A stretch of DNA of 64,000 nucleotides from an uncultured Cellulomonas sp. (GTDB taxonomy: Bacteria > Actinomycetota > Actinomycetes > Actinomycetales > Cellulomonadaceae): contig NZ_CANLTL010000018.1 of NCBI RefSeq assembly GCF_947494015.1, positions 15,429 to 79,428 of the forward strand. Direction: 5' to 3'. Of this stretch, positions 7,579-15,851 are shown one piece after another. A model generated the notes under the pieces. That model searched no databases. It saw only the letters and a program-made list of their open reading frames with translations, and was not told where the DNA came from. A program made the position numbers and the translations under genes. Position 1 is the first letter of the stretch; each line of letters opens with the position of its first letter.

Positions 7579-9213
7579 ATGACCGACCTCGGACACCCCC
7601 TGCAGCTCGGGTCCTTCCTGACCCCGACCGCGAACGCACCGCAGCGCGCGGTCGAGCTCGCCCAGCTGTCCGAGGCGGTCGGGCTGGACCTGGTGACCCT
7701 CCAGGACCACCCGTACCAGCCCGGGTTCCTGGACACCTGGACGCTGCTGAGCGTCATCGCCGCCCGGACGTCGACCGTGCGCCTGGCGCCGAACGTCGCC
7801 AACCTGCCGCTGCGGCCGCCCGCGGTGCTGGCCCGCAGCGTCGCGAGCCTGGACCTGCTCAGCGGTGGCCGGGTCGAGCTCGGGCTCGGCGCGGGCGCCT
7901 TCTGGGACGCCATCGAGGCGATGGGCGTCCCCCGCCTGTCGCCCGGCCAGGCGGTCGACGCGCTCGCCGAGGCGGTCGCCGTCCTGCGCGCGCTGTGGGA
8001 CACCGGCGCGCGCGGCGGCGTCCGGGTCGCCGGGGAGCACCACCACGTGGTCGGCGCCAAGCGCGGCCCCGCCCCCGCGCACCCGGTCGAGATCTGGCTG
8101 GGCGCGTACAAGCCCCGCATGCTCGCCCTGACCGGTCGCGTCGCCGACGGCTGGCTGCCGTCCCTGGGCTACCTGCAGCCGGGTGACCTCGCCCGGGGCA
8201 ATGCCGTCATCGACGACGCCGCCCTGGAGGCCGGGCGCTCACCCGCCGACGTCCGGCGACTGCTCAACATCAGCGGCCGGTTCGGCCCGGCCGGACGCGA
8301 GCCGCTGCACGGACCACCCCAGCAGTGGGCGGAGGAGCTCGCCGAGCTCGCGCTGGCCGACGGCGTCAGCGTGTTCGTCCTGGGCAGCGACGACCCCGAC
8401 GACCTGCGCCGCTTCGCGGCCGAGGTCGCACCCGCCGTCCGCGAGCTGGTGGCGGCCGAGCGGGCCGGTGCGGCGCACGACGCCGCCGCGGACGACCAGC
8501 GGGCGGCGCAGGACGCTGCCGACCGGCCCGGCGCGCCGCCGTCCACCCCGGTGCCGGCGCCGGTGCGGTCCGGGGCCGCCGCGGTGGGCCGGACCGCACC
8601 CGCCGCCGGCCGCTCCCCGTTCACCGTCGCCCCCACGCCCGACGACGGCGTCCGGCTGGCCGCCGACCAGCCGTGGGACGAGTCGACGCGTCCGCACGGC
8701 CCGGCGCCGGACCCGGACCGGCGCTACACCGCCGAGGAGCTCGCCGCCGGCCGGCACCTGGTCGACATCCACGACCACCTGCGCGCCGAGCTCGCCCAGG
8801 TGCGGGACCTGGTCGAGCAGGTCGCGGCCGGGGCGCTGGACGTCGGAACGGCGCGCTCGCACCTCAACACCATGACGATGCGCCAGAACAGCTGGGTGCT
8901 GGGCACCTACTGCGAGAGCTACTGCCGCGTGGTGACCACCCACCACACGCTCGAGGACCGCAGCATGTTCCCGCACCTGCGCCGCTCGGACGACCGGCTG
9001 GCCCCGGTGATCGACCGCCTCGAGCAGGAGCACCACGTGATCCACGACGTGCTCGAGGGCGTCGACCAGGCGCTGGTCCGGCTGGTCTCCGGGCCGGACG
9101 GGATGCCGGGCCTGCGGGCCGCGGTCGACCTGCTGACCGACACGCTGCTCTCGCACCTGTCCTACGAGGAGCGCGAGCTCGTGGAGCCGCTCGCGCGGCT
9201 CGGGATGCACTGA
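7579..9213 (+). CDS. Fusion protein: LLM-class (luciferase-like) flavin/F420-dependent oxidoreductase plus C-terminal hemerythrin (HHE) domain
   Basis: The N-terminal roughly 290 aa are LLM-like (LVTLQDHPYQPGFLDTW, GGRVELGLGAGAF, EIWLGAYKPRML). An Ala/Pro-rich linker follows. The C-terminus carries paired His motifs (LVDIHDHLRAEL, TTHHTLEDRSMFPHLRR, LEQEHHVIHDVLE, LLSHLSYEEREL). AGGAG lies 5 nt upstream of the ATG. Confidence 0.8.
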   Translation: MTDLGHPLQLGSFLTPTANAPQRAVELAQLSEAVGLDLVTLQDHPYQPGFLDTWTLLSVIAARTSTVRLAPNVANLPLRPPAVLARSVASLDLLSGGRVELGLGAGAFWDAIEAMGVPRLSPGQAVDALAEAVAVLRALWDTGARGGVRVAGEHHHVVGAKRGPAPAHPVEIWLGAYKPRMLALTGRVADGWLPSLGYLQPGDLARGNAVIDDAALEAGRSPADVRRLLNISGRFGPAGREPLHGPPQQWAEELAELALADGVSVFVLGSDDPDDLRRFAAEVAPAVRELVAAERAGAAHDAAADDQRAAQDAADRPGAPPSTPVPAPVRSGAAAVGRTAPAAGRSPFTVAPTPDDGVRLAADQPWDESTRPHGPAPDPDRRYTAEELAAGRHLVDIHDHLRAELAQVRDLVEQVAAGALDVGTARSHLNTMTMRQNSWVLGTYCESYCRVVTTHHTLEDRSMFPHLRRSDDRLAPVIDRLEQEHHVIHDVLEGVDQALVRLVSGPDGMPGLRAAVDLLTDTLLSHLSYEERELVEPLARLGMH

Positions 9214-9250
9214 CCGGACGGCAGGCGCGGACGAGGCCGCGCCGCCGGCC

Positions 9251-10039
9251 TCACCGGCCGGCGCGCTCGCGGGCTGCGGCGCGGCTCTCGACGAGGGCGG
9301 AGAACGCGTGCGCGAGCGCCCGGCCGGCCTGCGCCATCGACTCCGCGTACCGGTCGACGTCGGCGACGGCGGCCGCGGCGTCGTCGTCCGGCACCTCGTC
9401 CTGCGCCCACCGCACGAAGGTCGCGCGCGACGTCTCCGGGTGGAACTGCACCCCCCAGGCGCCACCGACCCGGAAGGCCTGGTGCGGGTAGCGCGCCGAC
9501 GAGCCGAGCGGCACCGCGCCGGGCGGCAGCTCGGCGACCGCGTCGGCGTGCATCGTCGGGAACCGGGTCGTGCCGCCCGGCACCCGCGCGAGGGCGCCCA
9601 CGAGCGGGTCGTCGGCGGCGGCGTCGCCCCACCGCACCGGCACGGCGCCGGCCTCCCGGCCCGCCGCCGCGGCCACGTCGACCCGTCCGCCGCACGCGAC
9701 CGCGAGCAGCTGGGCGCCGAGGCAGATGCCCAGGGCCGGCGCGTCGTCGGCGTCCGCGACGGCCGCGAGCAGCGCCCGGGTCGGCACGAGCCACGGCGCC
9801 ACCCCGTCCGCGAGGGCGTCCATCGTCCCGCCCAGCACCACGAGCCCGTCACCGACCTCGGCCGGCCCGGCCGGCACCGGGTCGCCGCGGTGGGCACGCA
9901 CCAGCCGCACGCGCGCCGGGGCCAGCCAGTCGGTGAAGAGGTCCAGCGGGACGCCGTCCTCGTGCTGCACGACCGTGATGACACGGTCGGGGCCGGCGAG
10001 GGGGTGGGCGAGGGACTGGGCGGGGGACGGCTCACTCAC
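9251..10039 (-). CDS. Type 1 (class I) glutamine amidotransferase-like protein
   Basis: The nucleophile elbow is GICLGAQLL and the His-Glu motif is VQFHPE. GTG start at 10039. Confidence 0.8.
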   Translation of the reverse strand: MSEPSPAQSLAHPLAGPDRVITVVQHEDGVPLDLFTDWLAPARVRLVRAHRGDPVPAGPAEVGDGLVVLGGTMDALADGVAPWLVPTRALLAAVADADDAPALGICLGAQLLAVACGGRVDVAAAAGREAGAVPVRWGDAAADDPLVGALARVPGGTTRFPTMHADAVAELPPGAVPLGSSARYPHQAFRVGGAWGVQFHPETSRATFVRWAQDEVPDDDAAAAVADVDRYAESMAQAGRALAHAFSALVESRAAARERAGR

Positions 10040-10108
10040 CGGGCGACCGTACCGGCGCGGGTGCCGCGGCGCGTTGCGCCGCCGGGACCGGCGGGCAAGG
10101 ATCGGCGC

Positions 10109-12253
10109 GTGACCTCAGCAGCCCACGCGCACCGCATCCGACGCTCCGCCGGTGACGTCGGCCCCCGCGGTGGCCGGGTGGCGCGCGGCCGCCGCGTCCT
10201 GCCCGCCGGGCTCGCGACCGCGCTCGCCGGCCTGCTCGCCGGCCTGCTGACCGGCCCCGTGCTCGCGACGTCGGCCGGGGCGGTGCCGCCGCTGGACGTC
10301 GCGGAGCAGGTGGTCGACGAGGCCGGCGTGCTCGGCGACGACGCCGCGGTGACCGCCGCGCTGGACGACCTCGAGCAGACCGCCGGCGTGCAGCTGTACG
10401 TCGTGTTCGTCGACGACTTCAGCGGCGCCGAGGGCGAGCCGTGGGCGATCGAGACCGCCCAGCGGTCCGACATCGGGTCCGACGACGTGCTGCTCGCGGT
10501 CGCCGTCGACGACCGCAAGTACGGGCTGGCCGTCCCGAACGACCTCGGACTGAGCCCGACCACGCAGAGCGCCATCCGGCGCACGGCGCTCGAGCCGGAG
10601 CTGTCCGCCGACGACTGGTCCGGCGCCGTCGTCGCGACCGCCGACGCGCTGGCCGACGCGCTCACCGGCACCGAGCCCGCCCCCGGCACCGGCGGGACCG
10701 GCTCGCCGGCGACGACGACGTCGTCCGGCGGCGGAGGCTTCCTGACCTGGCTGCTGCTGGGCGCGGTCGCCGTCGGAGCGTTCCTGCTCGTCCGCTCCTT
10801 CCGGCGCCGGTCGGACGCCGGCGCGCGGGGGGCGCAGGGCGCGCCGGGTCAGGGCGCCCCGGCGCCGGTGGACCTGGGCACGCTCGACACGCGCGCGTCG
10901 CACGCGCTGGTCCGGCTCGACGACACCCTGCGCGGCTCGGAGCAGGAGCTCGGCTTCGCCCAGGCGCAGTTCGGCGTCGAGGCGACCCGCCGGTTCACCG
11001 AGGTGCTCGCCGCCGCGAAGCAGGACGCGCTCGCGGCCTTCACGCTGCGTCAGCGCCTCGACGACGACATCCCCGAGACCGACGACGAGCGGCGGGCGAT
11101 GCTCACCCAGATCCTCGGGCTGTGCGAGCGCGCCGGGACCGCGATCGAGCAGCAGACCCAGGCGTTCGACGAGCTGCGCGACGTGCAGGCCCGCGCTCCC
11201 GAGCTCCTGGAGGAGACCCGGCGCCGCGCGGACGAGGTCGCCGACCGCGTCCCGGCCGCCGGGCGGTCGCTCGACGCGCTGCGGCGCACCTACCCGCCCA
11301 CCGCGCTCGCCTCGGTGGCGAGCAACCCGGAGCAGGCCGGGCAGCTGCTCGAGGCCGCCCGCGAGTCCGTCGAGCAGGGCCGCGCGGCGGTGACCGCCGG
11401 TGACCGGGCGGCGGCCGTGGTCGCCGCCCGCACGGCCGAGAACGCCGTCGAGCAGGCGGTGCACCTCCTCGATGCCGTCGACCGCGCCGGCACGGATCTC
11501 GCCGGCGCGTCCGCCGCGATCGCGTCCGGCCTGGCCTCGCTGGGCTCCGACCTGGACGACGCCGCCCGGCTCGCCCCGCGCGACGCAGCGGTGCAGGCGG
11601 CCGCCACGCACGCCCGCGCGGTGCGCGACGCCGCCCGCTCGGCGGGCTCCGGCGGCGACCCGCTCGCACTGCTGCACGACCTGCGCGAGGCGGAGGCCGA
11701 GCTGGACCGCGCCCTGGAGCCGGCCCGCGGCCAGGCCGAGCAGGCCGAGCGCGCCCGCGCCCAGCTGCGCGACGCCCTGGGGCCGGTCTCCTCCCGGGTC
11801 CGCGCGGTCCGGGACTTCATCGACACCCGGCGCGGCGCCGTCGGGCCGGAGGCGCGGACCCGCATCACCGAGGCGCAGCGTCTGCTGCACGAGGCCGAGT
11901 CCCTGCTGCGGACCGACCCCGGGCGCGGGCTGGAGCACGTGCGCCGCGCCGACGCGCTGGCCGGCGCGGCGCAGTCCATCGCCCAGCAGGACGTCGAGGA
12001 GTTCGAGCAGGACCGCTTCGGCGGCGGCCGCGGCGGCTTCGGCGGCGGGTACGGCCGGAGCAACGCCGGCAGCCTCATCCTCGGCGGCATCCTGCTGGAC
12101 AGCGTCCTGCGCGGCGGGGGCGGCGGCTTCGGCGGCGGTGGGGGCTTCGGGGGCGGCGGGGGCGGCGGTGGCTTCGGCGGCGGCTGGGGCGGCGGCGGCG
12201 GCAGCTTCGGCGGCGGAGGCGGCGGCTTCGGGGGCGGTGGTGGCGACTTCTGA
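10109..12253 (+). CDS. TPM domain-containing membrane protein with long helical cytoplasmic region and Gly/Phe-rich tail
   Basis: GTG 10109 has AAGGA 8 nt upstream. The protein has a signal/TM segment (LATALAGLLAGLLTGPVLATSAGA), a TPM-like core (VVDEAGVL...LYVVFVDDF...VLLAVAVDDRKYG) and a TM segment (FLTWLLLGAVAVGAFLLV). About 430 Ala/Arg/Glu/Leu-rich residues follow, then a GGGGGF-type tail. The upstream part of ORF 9308..12253 overlaps the GATase gene and is rejected. Confidence 0.8.
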   Translation: MTSAAHAHRIRRSAGDVGPRGGRVARGRRVLPAGLATALAGLLAGLLTGPVLATSAGAVPPLDVAEQVVDEAGVLGDDAAVTAALDDLEQTAGVQLYVVFVDDFSGAEGEPWAIETAQRSDIGSDDVLLAVAVDDRKYGLAVPNDLGLSPTTQSAIRRTALEPELSADDWSGAVVATADALADALTGTEPAPGTGGTGSPATTTSSGGGGFLTWLLLGAVAVGAFLLVRSFRRRSDAGARGAQGAPGQGAPAPVDLGTLDTRASHALVRLDDTLRGSEQELGFAQAQFGVEATRRFTEVLAAAKQDALAAFTLRQRLDDDIPETDDERRAMLTQILGLCERAGTAIEQQTQAFDELRDVQARAPELLEETRRRADEVADRVPAAGRSLDALRRTYPPTALASVASNPEQAGQLLEAARESVEQGRAAVTAGDRAAAVVAARTAENAVEQAVHLLDAVDRAGTDLAGASAAIASGLASLGSDLDDAARLAPRDAAVQAAATHARAVRDAARSAGSGGDPLALLHDLREAEAELDRALEPARGQAEQAERARAQLRDALGPVSSRVRAVRDFIDTRRGAVGPEARTRITEAQRLLHEAESLLRTDPGRGLEHVRRADALAGAAQSIAQQDVEEFEQDRFGGGRGGFGGGYGRSNAGSLILGGILLDSVLRGGGGGFGGGGGFGGGGGGGGFGGGWGGGGGSFGGGGGGFGGGGGDF

Positions 12254-12388
12254 CCCACCGCGGTCCCGCCCCGACCGGCGCGCCGCAGCCGGTGCGCGGA
12301 CCGCCACGGCCCCCGGACGGGCACCCAGACGTAGGACAGCGGCACCGACCGGTACCGCACCCAGCTCGACGGACGAGAGGCAACGCCC

Positions 12389-13117
12389 ATGACCGAGAAG
12401 CAGACCATCCTCGGACGCATCACCCAGCTGACCCGCGCGAACATCAACGCCCTGGTCGACAAGGCCGAGGACCCGCAGAAGATGCTCGACCAGCTCATCC
12501 GGGACTACACCAACTCCATCGCCGAGGCCGAGGGGGCGATCGCGCAGACGATCGGCAACCTGCGCCTGGCCGAGCAGGACCACAAGGCCGACCTGGCCGC
12601 CGCCGAGGAGTGGGGCGGCAAGGCGCTCGCCGCGTCGTCGCGCGCCGACACCCTGCGCAGCCAGGGCAGCACCGCGGACGCCGACAAGTTCGACAACCTG
12701 GCCCGGATCGCGATCGAGAAGCAGATCTCGTTCGAGCAGGAGGCCAGGGACGCCGAGCCGATGATCGCCTCGCAGACCGAGGTGGTGGAGAAGCTCAAGA
12801 CCGGCCTGTCCGGCATGAAGGAGAAGCTCAGCGACCTGCGCCGGCGCCGCGACACGCTGGTGGCCCGCGCGAAGTCGGCCGAGGCGCAGGCCAAGGTGCA
12901 GGGCGCGGTGGCGTCGATCAACGTGCTGGACCCGACCAGCGAGGTCGCCCGGTTCGAGGACAAGGTCCGCCGCGAGGAGGCCCGCGTCGCGGGGCAGGCC
13001 GAGCTGCAGGCGTCGTCGCTGGACGCCCAGTTCGAGGAGCTCGAGAACCACGGGGTCGACGCCGAGGTCGCGGCCCGGCTGGCCGCGCTGAAGAGCGGCG
13101 GCTCGGCCGGCGTCTGA
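12389..13117 (+). CDS. pspA: PspA/IM30 family protein (phage-shock protein A)
   Basis: ILGRITQLTRANINALVDKAEDPQKMLDQLIRDY is the typical PspA N-terminus. The heptad-rich helical sequence runs throughout. Confidence 0.9.
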   Translation: MTEKQTILGRITQLTRANINALVDKAEDPQKMLDQLIRDYTNSIAEAEGAIAQTIGNLRLAEQDHKADLAAAEEWGGKALAASSRADTLRSQGSTADADKFDNLARIAIEKQISFEQEARDAEPMIASQTEVVEKLKTGLSGMKEKLSDLRRRRDTLVARAKSAEAQAKVQGAVASINVLDPTSEVARFEDKVRREEARVAGQAELQASSLDAQFEELENHGVDAEVAARLAALKSGGSAGV

Positions 13118-13148
13118 CGCCCCGGTCGCGCCCCCGCGCACCGCACCC

Positions 13149-13196
13149 CGACGCCCCCGGGCCGCGGCCGTCCGCCGACGCCGCCCGGGGGCGTCG
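13149..13196 (+). terminator. Hairpin downstream of pspA (13-bp perfect stem CGACGCCCCCGGG / CCCGGGGGCGTCG)
   Basis: The stems at 13149-13161 and 13184-13196 were read directly. The loop is 22 nt and there is no U-tract, which is common for actinobacterial terminators. Confidence 0.4.
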
Positions 13197-13300
13197 CGCT
13201 GCCGGACGTCCTCGCGGTCGGGCGTGCGCCGGGGATGTCGGCGCGCGCCGTCCCGGGGCCCGTCCAGCCAACTCACAGGCTGCGCGGCCACACTGGACCC

Positions 13301-14041
13301 ATGCCTGCGCCCGCTGCCACCCCCGAGGCTCGGCTCGTCGTCGTCGACGACGAGCCGCACATCCGTGAGCTGCTCGCCACCTCGCTGCGGTTCGCGGGGT
13401 TCGAGGTGCACGCGGCGGGCGACGGCAACGCGGCGATGCGGCTGGCCCGGGAGGTCCACCCCGACCTGCTGGTGCTGGACGTGATGCTGCCCGACATGGA
13501 CGGCTTCACGGTGACCCGCCGGCTGCGCGACACCGGGGTGCACGTGCCCGTGCTCTTCCTCACGGCGCGCGACGAGACGGCGGACAAGGTCGCCGGGCTC
13601 ACGGTGGGCGGCGACGACTACGTGACCAAGCCGTTCAGCCTCGAGGAGGTGGTCGCGCGGATCCGCGCGGTGCTGCGGCGCACCCAGGGCGAGCGTCCGT
13701 CGTCCGACACGGCCGTCCTGCGGTACGCCGACCTCGAGCTCGACGAGGACAGCCACGACGTGCGCCGCGGCGACCGCGGCATCGAGCTGTCCCCCACCGA
13801 GTTCAAGCTGCTGCGGTACCTCATGCTCAACGCGGGCCGGGTGCTGTCCAAGGCGCAGATCCTCGACCACGTGTGGGACTACGACTGGGGCGGCGACGCC
13901 AACATCGTCGAGTCGTACATGTCCTACCTGCGCCGCAAGATCGACGCCCCGGCCGCGCCGGGCGACGACGCCCCGCCCCCGCTGCTGCACACCAAGCGCG
14001 GCGTCGGCTACGTGCTGCGACTCCCGCCGGGTGCGGCATGA
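13301..14041 (+). CDS. OmpR/PhoB-family response regulator (closest in my memory to Mtb PhoP)
   Basis: RLVVVDDEPHIRELLATSLRFAGFEV, LDVMLPDMDGF, GGDDYVTKPFSLEEVVARIRAVLRR and LSPTEFKLLRYLMLNAGRVLSKAQILDHVWDYDWGGDANIVESYMSYLRRKID are present. ATG 13301 lies inside ORF 13235..14041. Confidence 0.9.
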   Translation: MPAPAATPEARLVVVDDEPHIRELLATSLRFAGFEVHAAGDGNAAMRLAREVHPDLLVLDVMLPDMDGFTVTRRLRDTGVHVPVLFLTARDETADKVAGLTVGGDDYVTKPFSLEEVVARIRAVLRRTQGERPSSDTAVLRYADLELDEDSHDVRRGDRGIELSPTEFKLLRYLMLNAGRVLSKAQILDHVWDYDWGGDANIVESYMSYLRRKIDAPAAPGDDAPPPLLHTKRGVGYVLRLPPGAA

Positions 14042-15753
14042 GCCACCCGCGCCAAGGTCCCCCCGACGACGGCGCCCCGTCCGCCACGACGCCCGCCGGG
14101 CCGACGGACGGGTCGACCGACGCGCGGGCCGCGCCGCCGGCCCGCGGCCCGGTGGCGGACCGGCTGCGCGCCGTCCCGCTCGGCGCCCGCATGGTCGCGA
14201 TCCTGTGCGTGGTGCTGCTGCTGGGGCTGTCGGCCGCCGGCGTCGCGGCCCTGACCCTGCTGCGCCACAACCTCGTCAACCAGGTCGACGCCCAGCTGCA
14301 GACCTACGCCCAGCCGCTGCTCGACGCCGCCAGCCGCCCCGGCGGCCGCGGTGGCTGGGGCCCCGGGGCGGACGCCAGCGCGCTGCCGAGCGACTACTAC
14401 ATCGAGCTCCTCGACGCCGAGGGCACGAGCCTGGGAGTGCTGGCGACGGCCGACACCACCGGCGCCGGGACGCCTCGCCTGGCCCCGCGGACCGCCGACG
14501 AGGTGGCCGCCGGCGAGCAGGCCCCGTTCACGGTGCCCTCGACACGGGGCACCGTGGACTGGCGCGCGGTCATGCTCCCGGGCGTCGCCGGGGGGCAGTA
14601 CGTGACCGTGGTGCTGGCGCTTCCGTTGGCGGGGGTCGAGCGGACCCTGGCCCAGATGCGCACGGTGCTGCTGCTGACCGGCCTGTCCGTCATCGCCCTC
14701 GGCTCGGTCGCCGGCTGGGTCGCGGTGCGCCGGTCGCTGCGCCCCCTGCAGGAGATGGAGACGACGGCGGCGGCCATCGCCGCGGGGGACCTGAGCCGCC
14801 GGGTGCCGTCCGAGCCGTCGTCCACCGAGGTGGGCCGGCTCGGCGAGGCGCTCAACTCGATGCTCGGCCAGATCGAGCTCGCGTTCGCCGAGCGTGCGGC
14901 GTCCGAGGACCGCATGCGCCGGTTCGTCTCGGACGCCTCCCACGAGCTGCGCACTCCGCTGGCCACGATCCGCGGGTACAGCGAGCTGTACCGCATGGGG
15001 GCGATCACGACCCCCGAGCAGGTGGACGACACGGTGCGCCGCATCGAGGACTCGGCTGCGCGGATGGGACGGCTCGTCGAGGACCTGCTGCACCTGGCAC
15101 GCCTGGACGAGGGCCGTCCGCTGCGCGCCGAGCCGGTGGACCTGACGGTGCTCGCCGCCGACGCGGTGAGCGACCTGCACGCCCTCGACCCGCGGCGACC
15201 GGTCCGGATCGAGCCGCTCGGGACGGCGGCCGGCGGCCTGCGGCCGTGCGTCGTCGTCGGTGACGAGGACCGGCTCCGCCAGGTGGTCGCGAACCTGACC
15301 GGGAACGTCGTGCAGCACACGCCACCCGGGACCCCGGTGGAGATCGCGGTCGGGGACGTCGACGGGCGGACCGTCCTGCAGGTCCGTGACCACGGTCCCG
15401 GGATCGCGCCCGGGCACGCGGCCCGGGTGTTCGAGCGGTTCTACCGCGTCGACACGTCCCGGACCCGGGAGTCCGGCGGCGGCGCCGGCCTCGGCATGGC
15501 GATCGTCGCCGCGATCGTCGGGGCGCACCGGGGCAGCGTCCGGATCGAGCCCACCCCGGGCGGTGGGACGACCGTCCGGGTCGAGCTGCCCACGGCCCGG
15601 CACCGCGCCCTGCCGGACGCCCTGCCCGACGGCGAGCCCGACGGCGAGCCCGACGGCGAGCCCGACGGCGCCCCGCGACCGCCCGGGCCCCCGGCGGGCG
15701 CCGCACCGGACGGCGGGCGCCGGCCGCGCGCGCGCCGCGTGCCGTCGACCTGA
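14038..15753 (+). CDS. Sensor histidine kinase (two TM, HAMP, HisKA, HATPase_c)
   Basis: The start overlaps the response-regulator stop (ATGA at 14038-14041). The H-box is FVSDASHELRTPLATIRGY, the N-box is VVANLTGNVVQHT and the G-box is GGGAGLGMAIV. The tail is PDGEPDGEPDGEPDG. Confidence 0.9.
   Translation: MSHPRQGPPDDGAPSATTPAGPTDGSTDARAAPPARGPVADRLRAVPLGARMVAILCVVLLLGLSAAGVAALTLLRHNLVNQVDAQLQTYAQPLLDAASRPGGRGGWGPGADASALPSDYYIELLDAEGTSLGVLATADTTGAGTPRLAPRTADEVAAGEQAPFTVPSTRGTVDWRAVMLPGVAGGQYVTVVLALPLAGVERTLAQMRTVLLLTGLSVIALGSVAGWVAVRRSLRPLQEMETTAAAIAAGDLSRRVPSEPSSTEVGRLGEALNSMLGQIELAFAERAASEDRMRRFVSDASHELRTPLATIRGYSELYRMGAITTPEQVDDTVRRIEDSAARMGRLVEDLLHLARLDEGRPLRAEPVDLTVLAADAVSDLHALDPRRPVRIEPLGTAAGGLRPCVVVGDEDRLRQVVANLTGNVVQHTPPGTPVEIAVGDVDGRTVLQVRDHGPGIAPGHAARVFERFYRVDTSRTRESGGGAGLGMAIVAAIVGAHRGSVRIEPTPGGGTTVRVELPTARHRALPDALPDGEPDGEPDGEPDGAPRPPGPPAGAAPDGGRRPRARRVPST
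15625..15670. repeat. In-frame 12-bp tandem repeat (CCCGACGGCGAG) x3 plus a partial fourth copy, in the kinase tail
   Basis: Read directly. Perfect units lie at 15625-36, 15637-48 and 15649-60, with a partial copy at 15661-70. They encode PDGE repeats. Confidence 0.8.
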
Positions 15754-15851
15754 GCCGACCGGGTCACGCCCGTCCGGGCGACGCGGGCACCGCCTCCGCC
15801 GGGGATACGATGGCGCGTCCTTTCCGTACTCCGCGTCTCCGTGAGGCTTCG

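Noticed and set aside
3774-8120. 1448-aa minus-strand ORF, with similar giants at 1840..4752 (-), 10115..13990 (-), 28020..30500 (-), 14008..15873 (-) and 46173..47912 (-).
   Set aside because: They run antisense to genes with clear family motifs (XPB, PspA/response regulator, MsiK, histidine kinase, XylB). They are Arg/Gly/Pro/Ala-dominated and carry no recognisable motifs. Long stop-free antisense frames are expected in very high-GC DNA.
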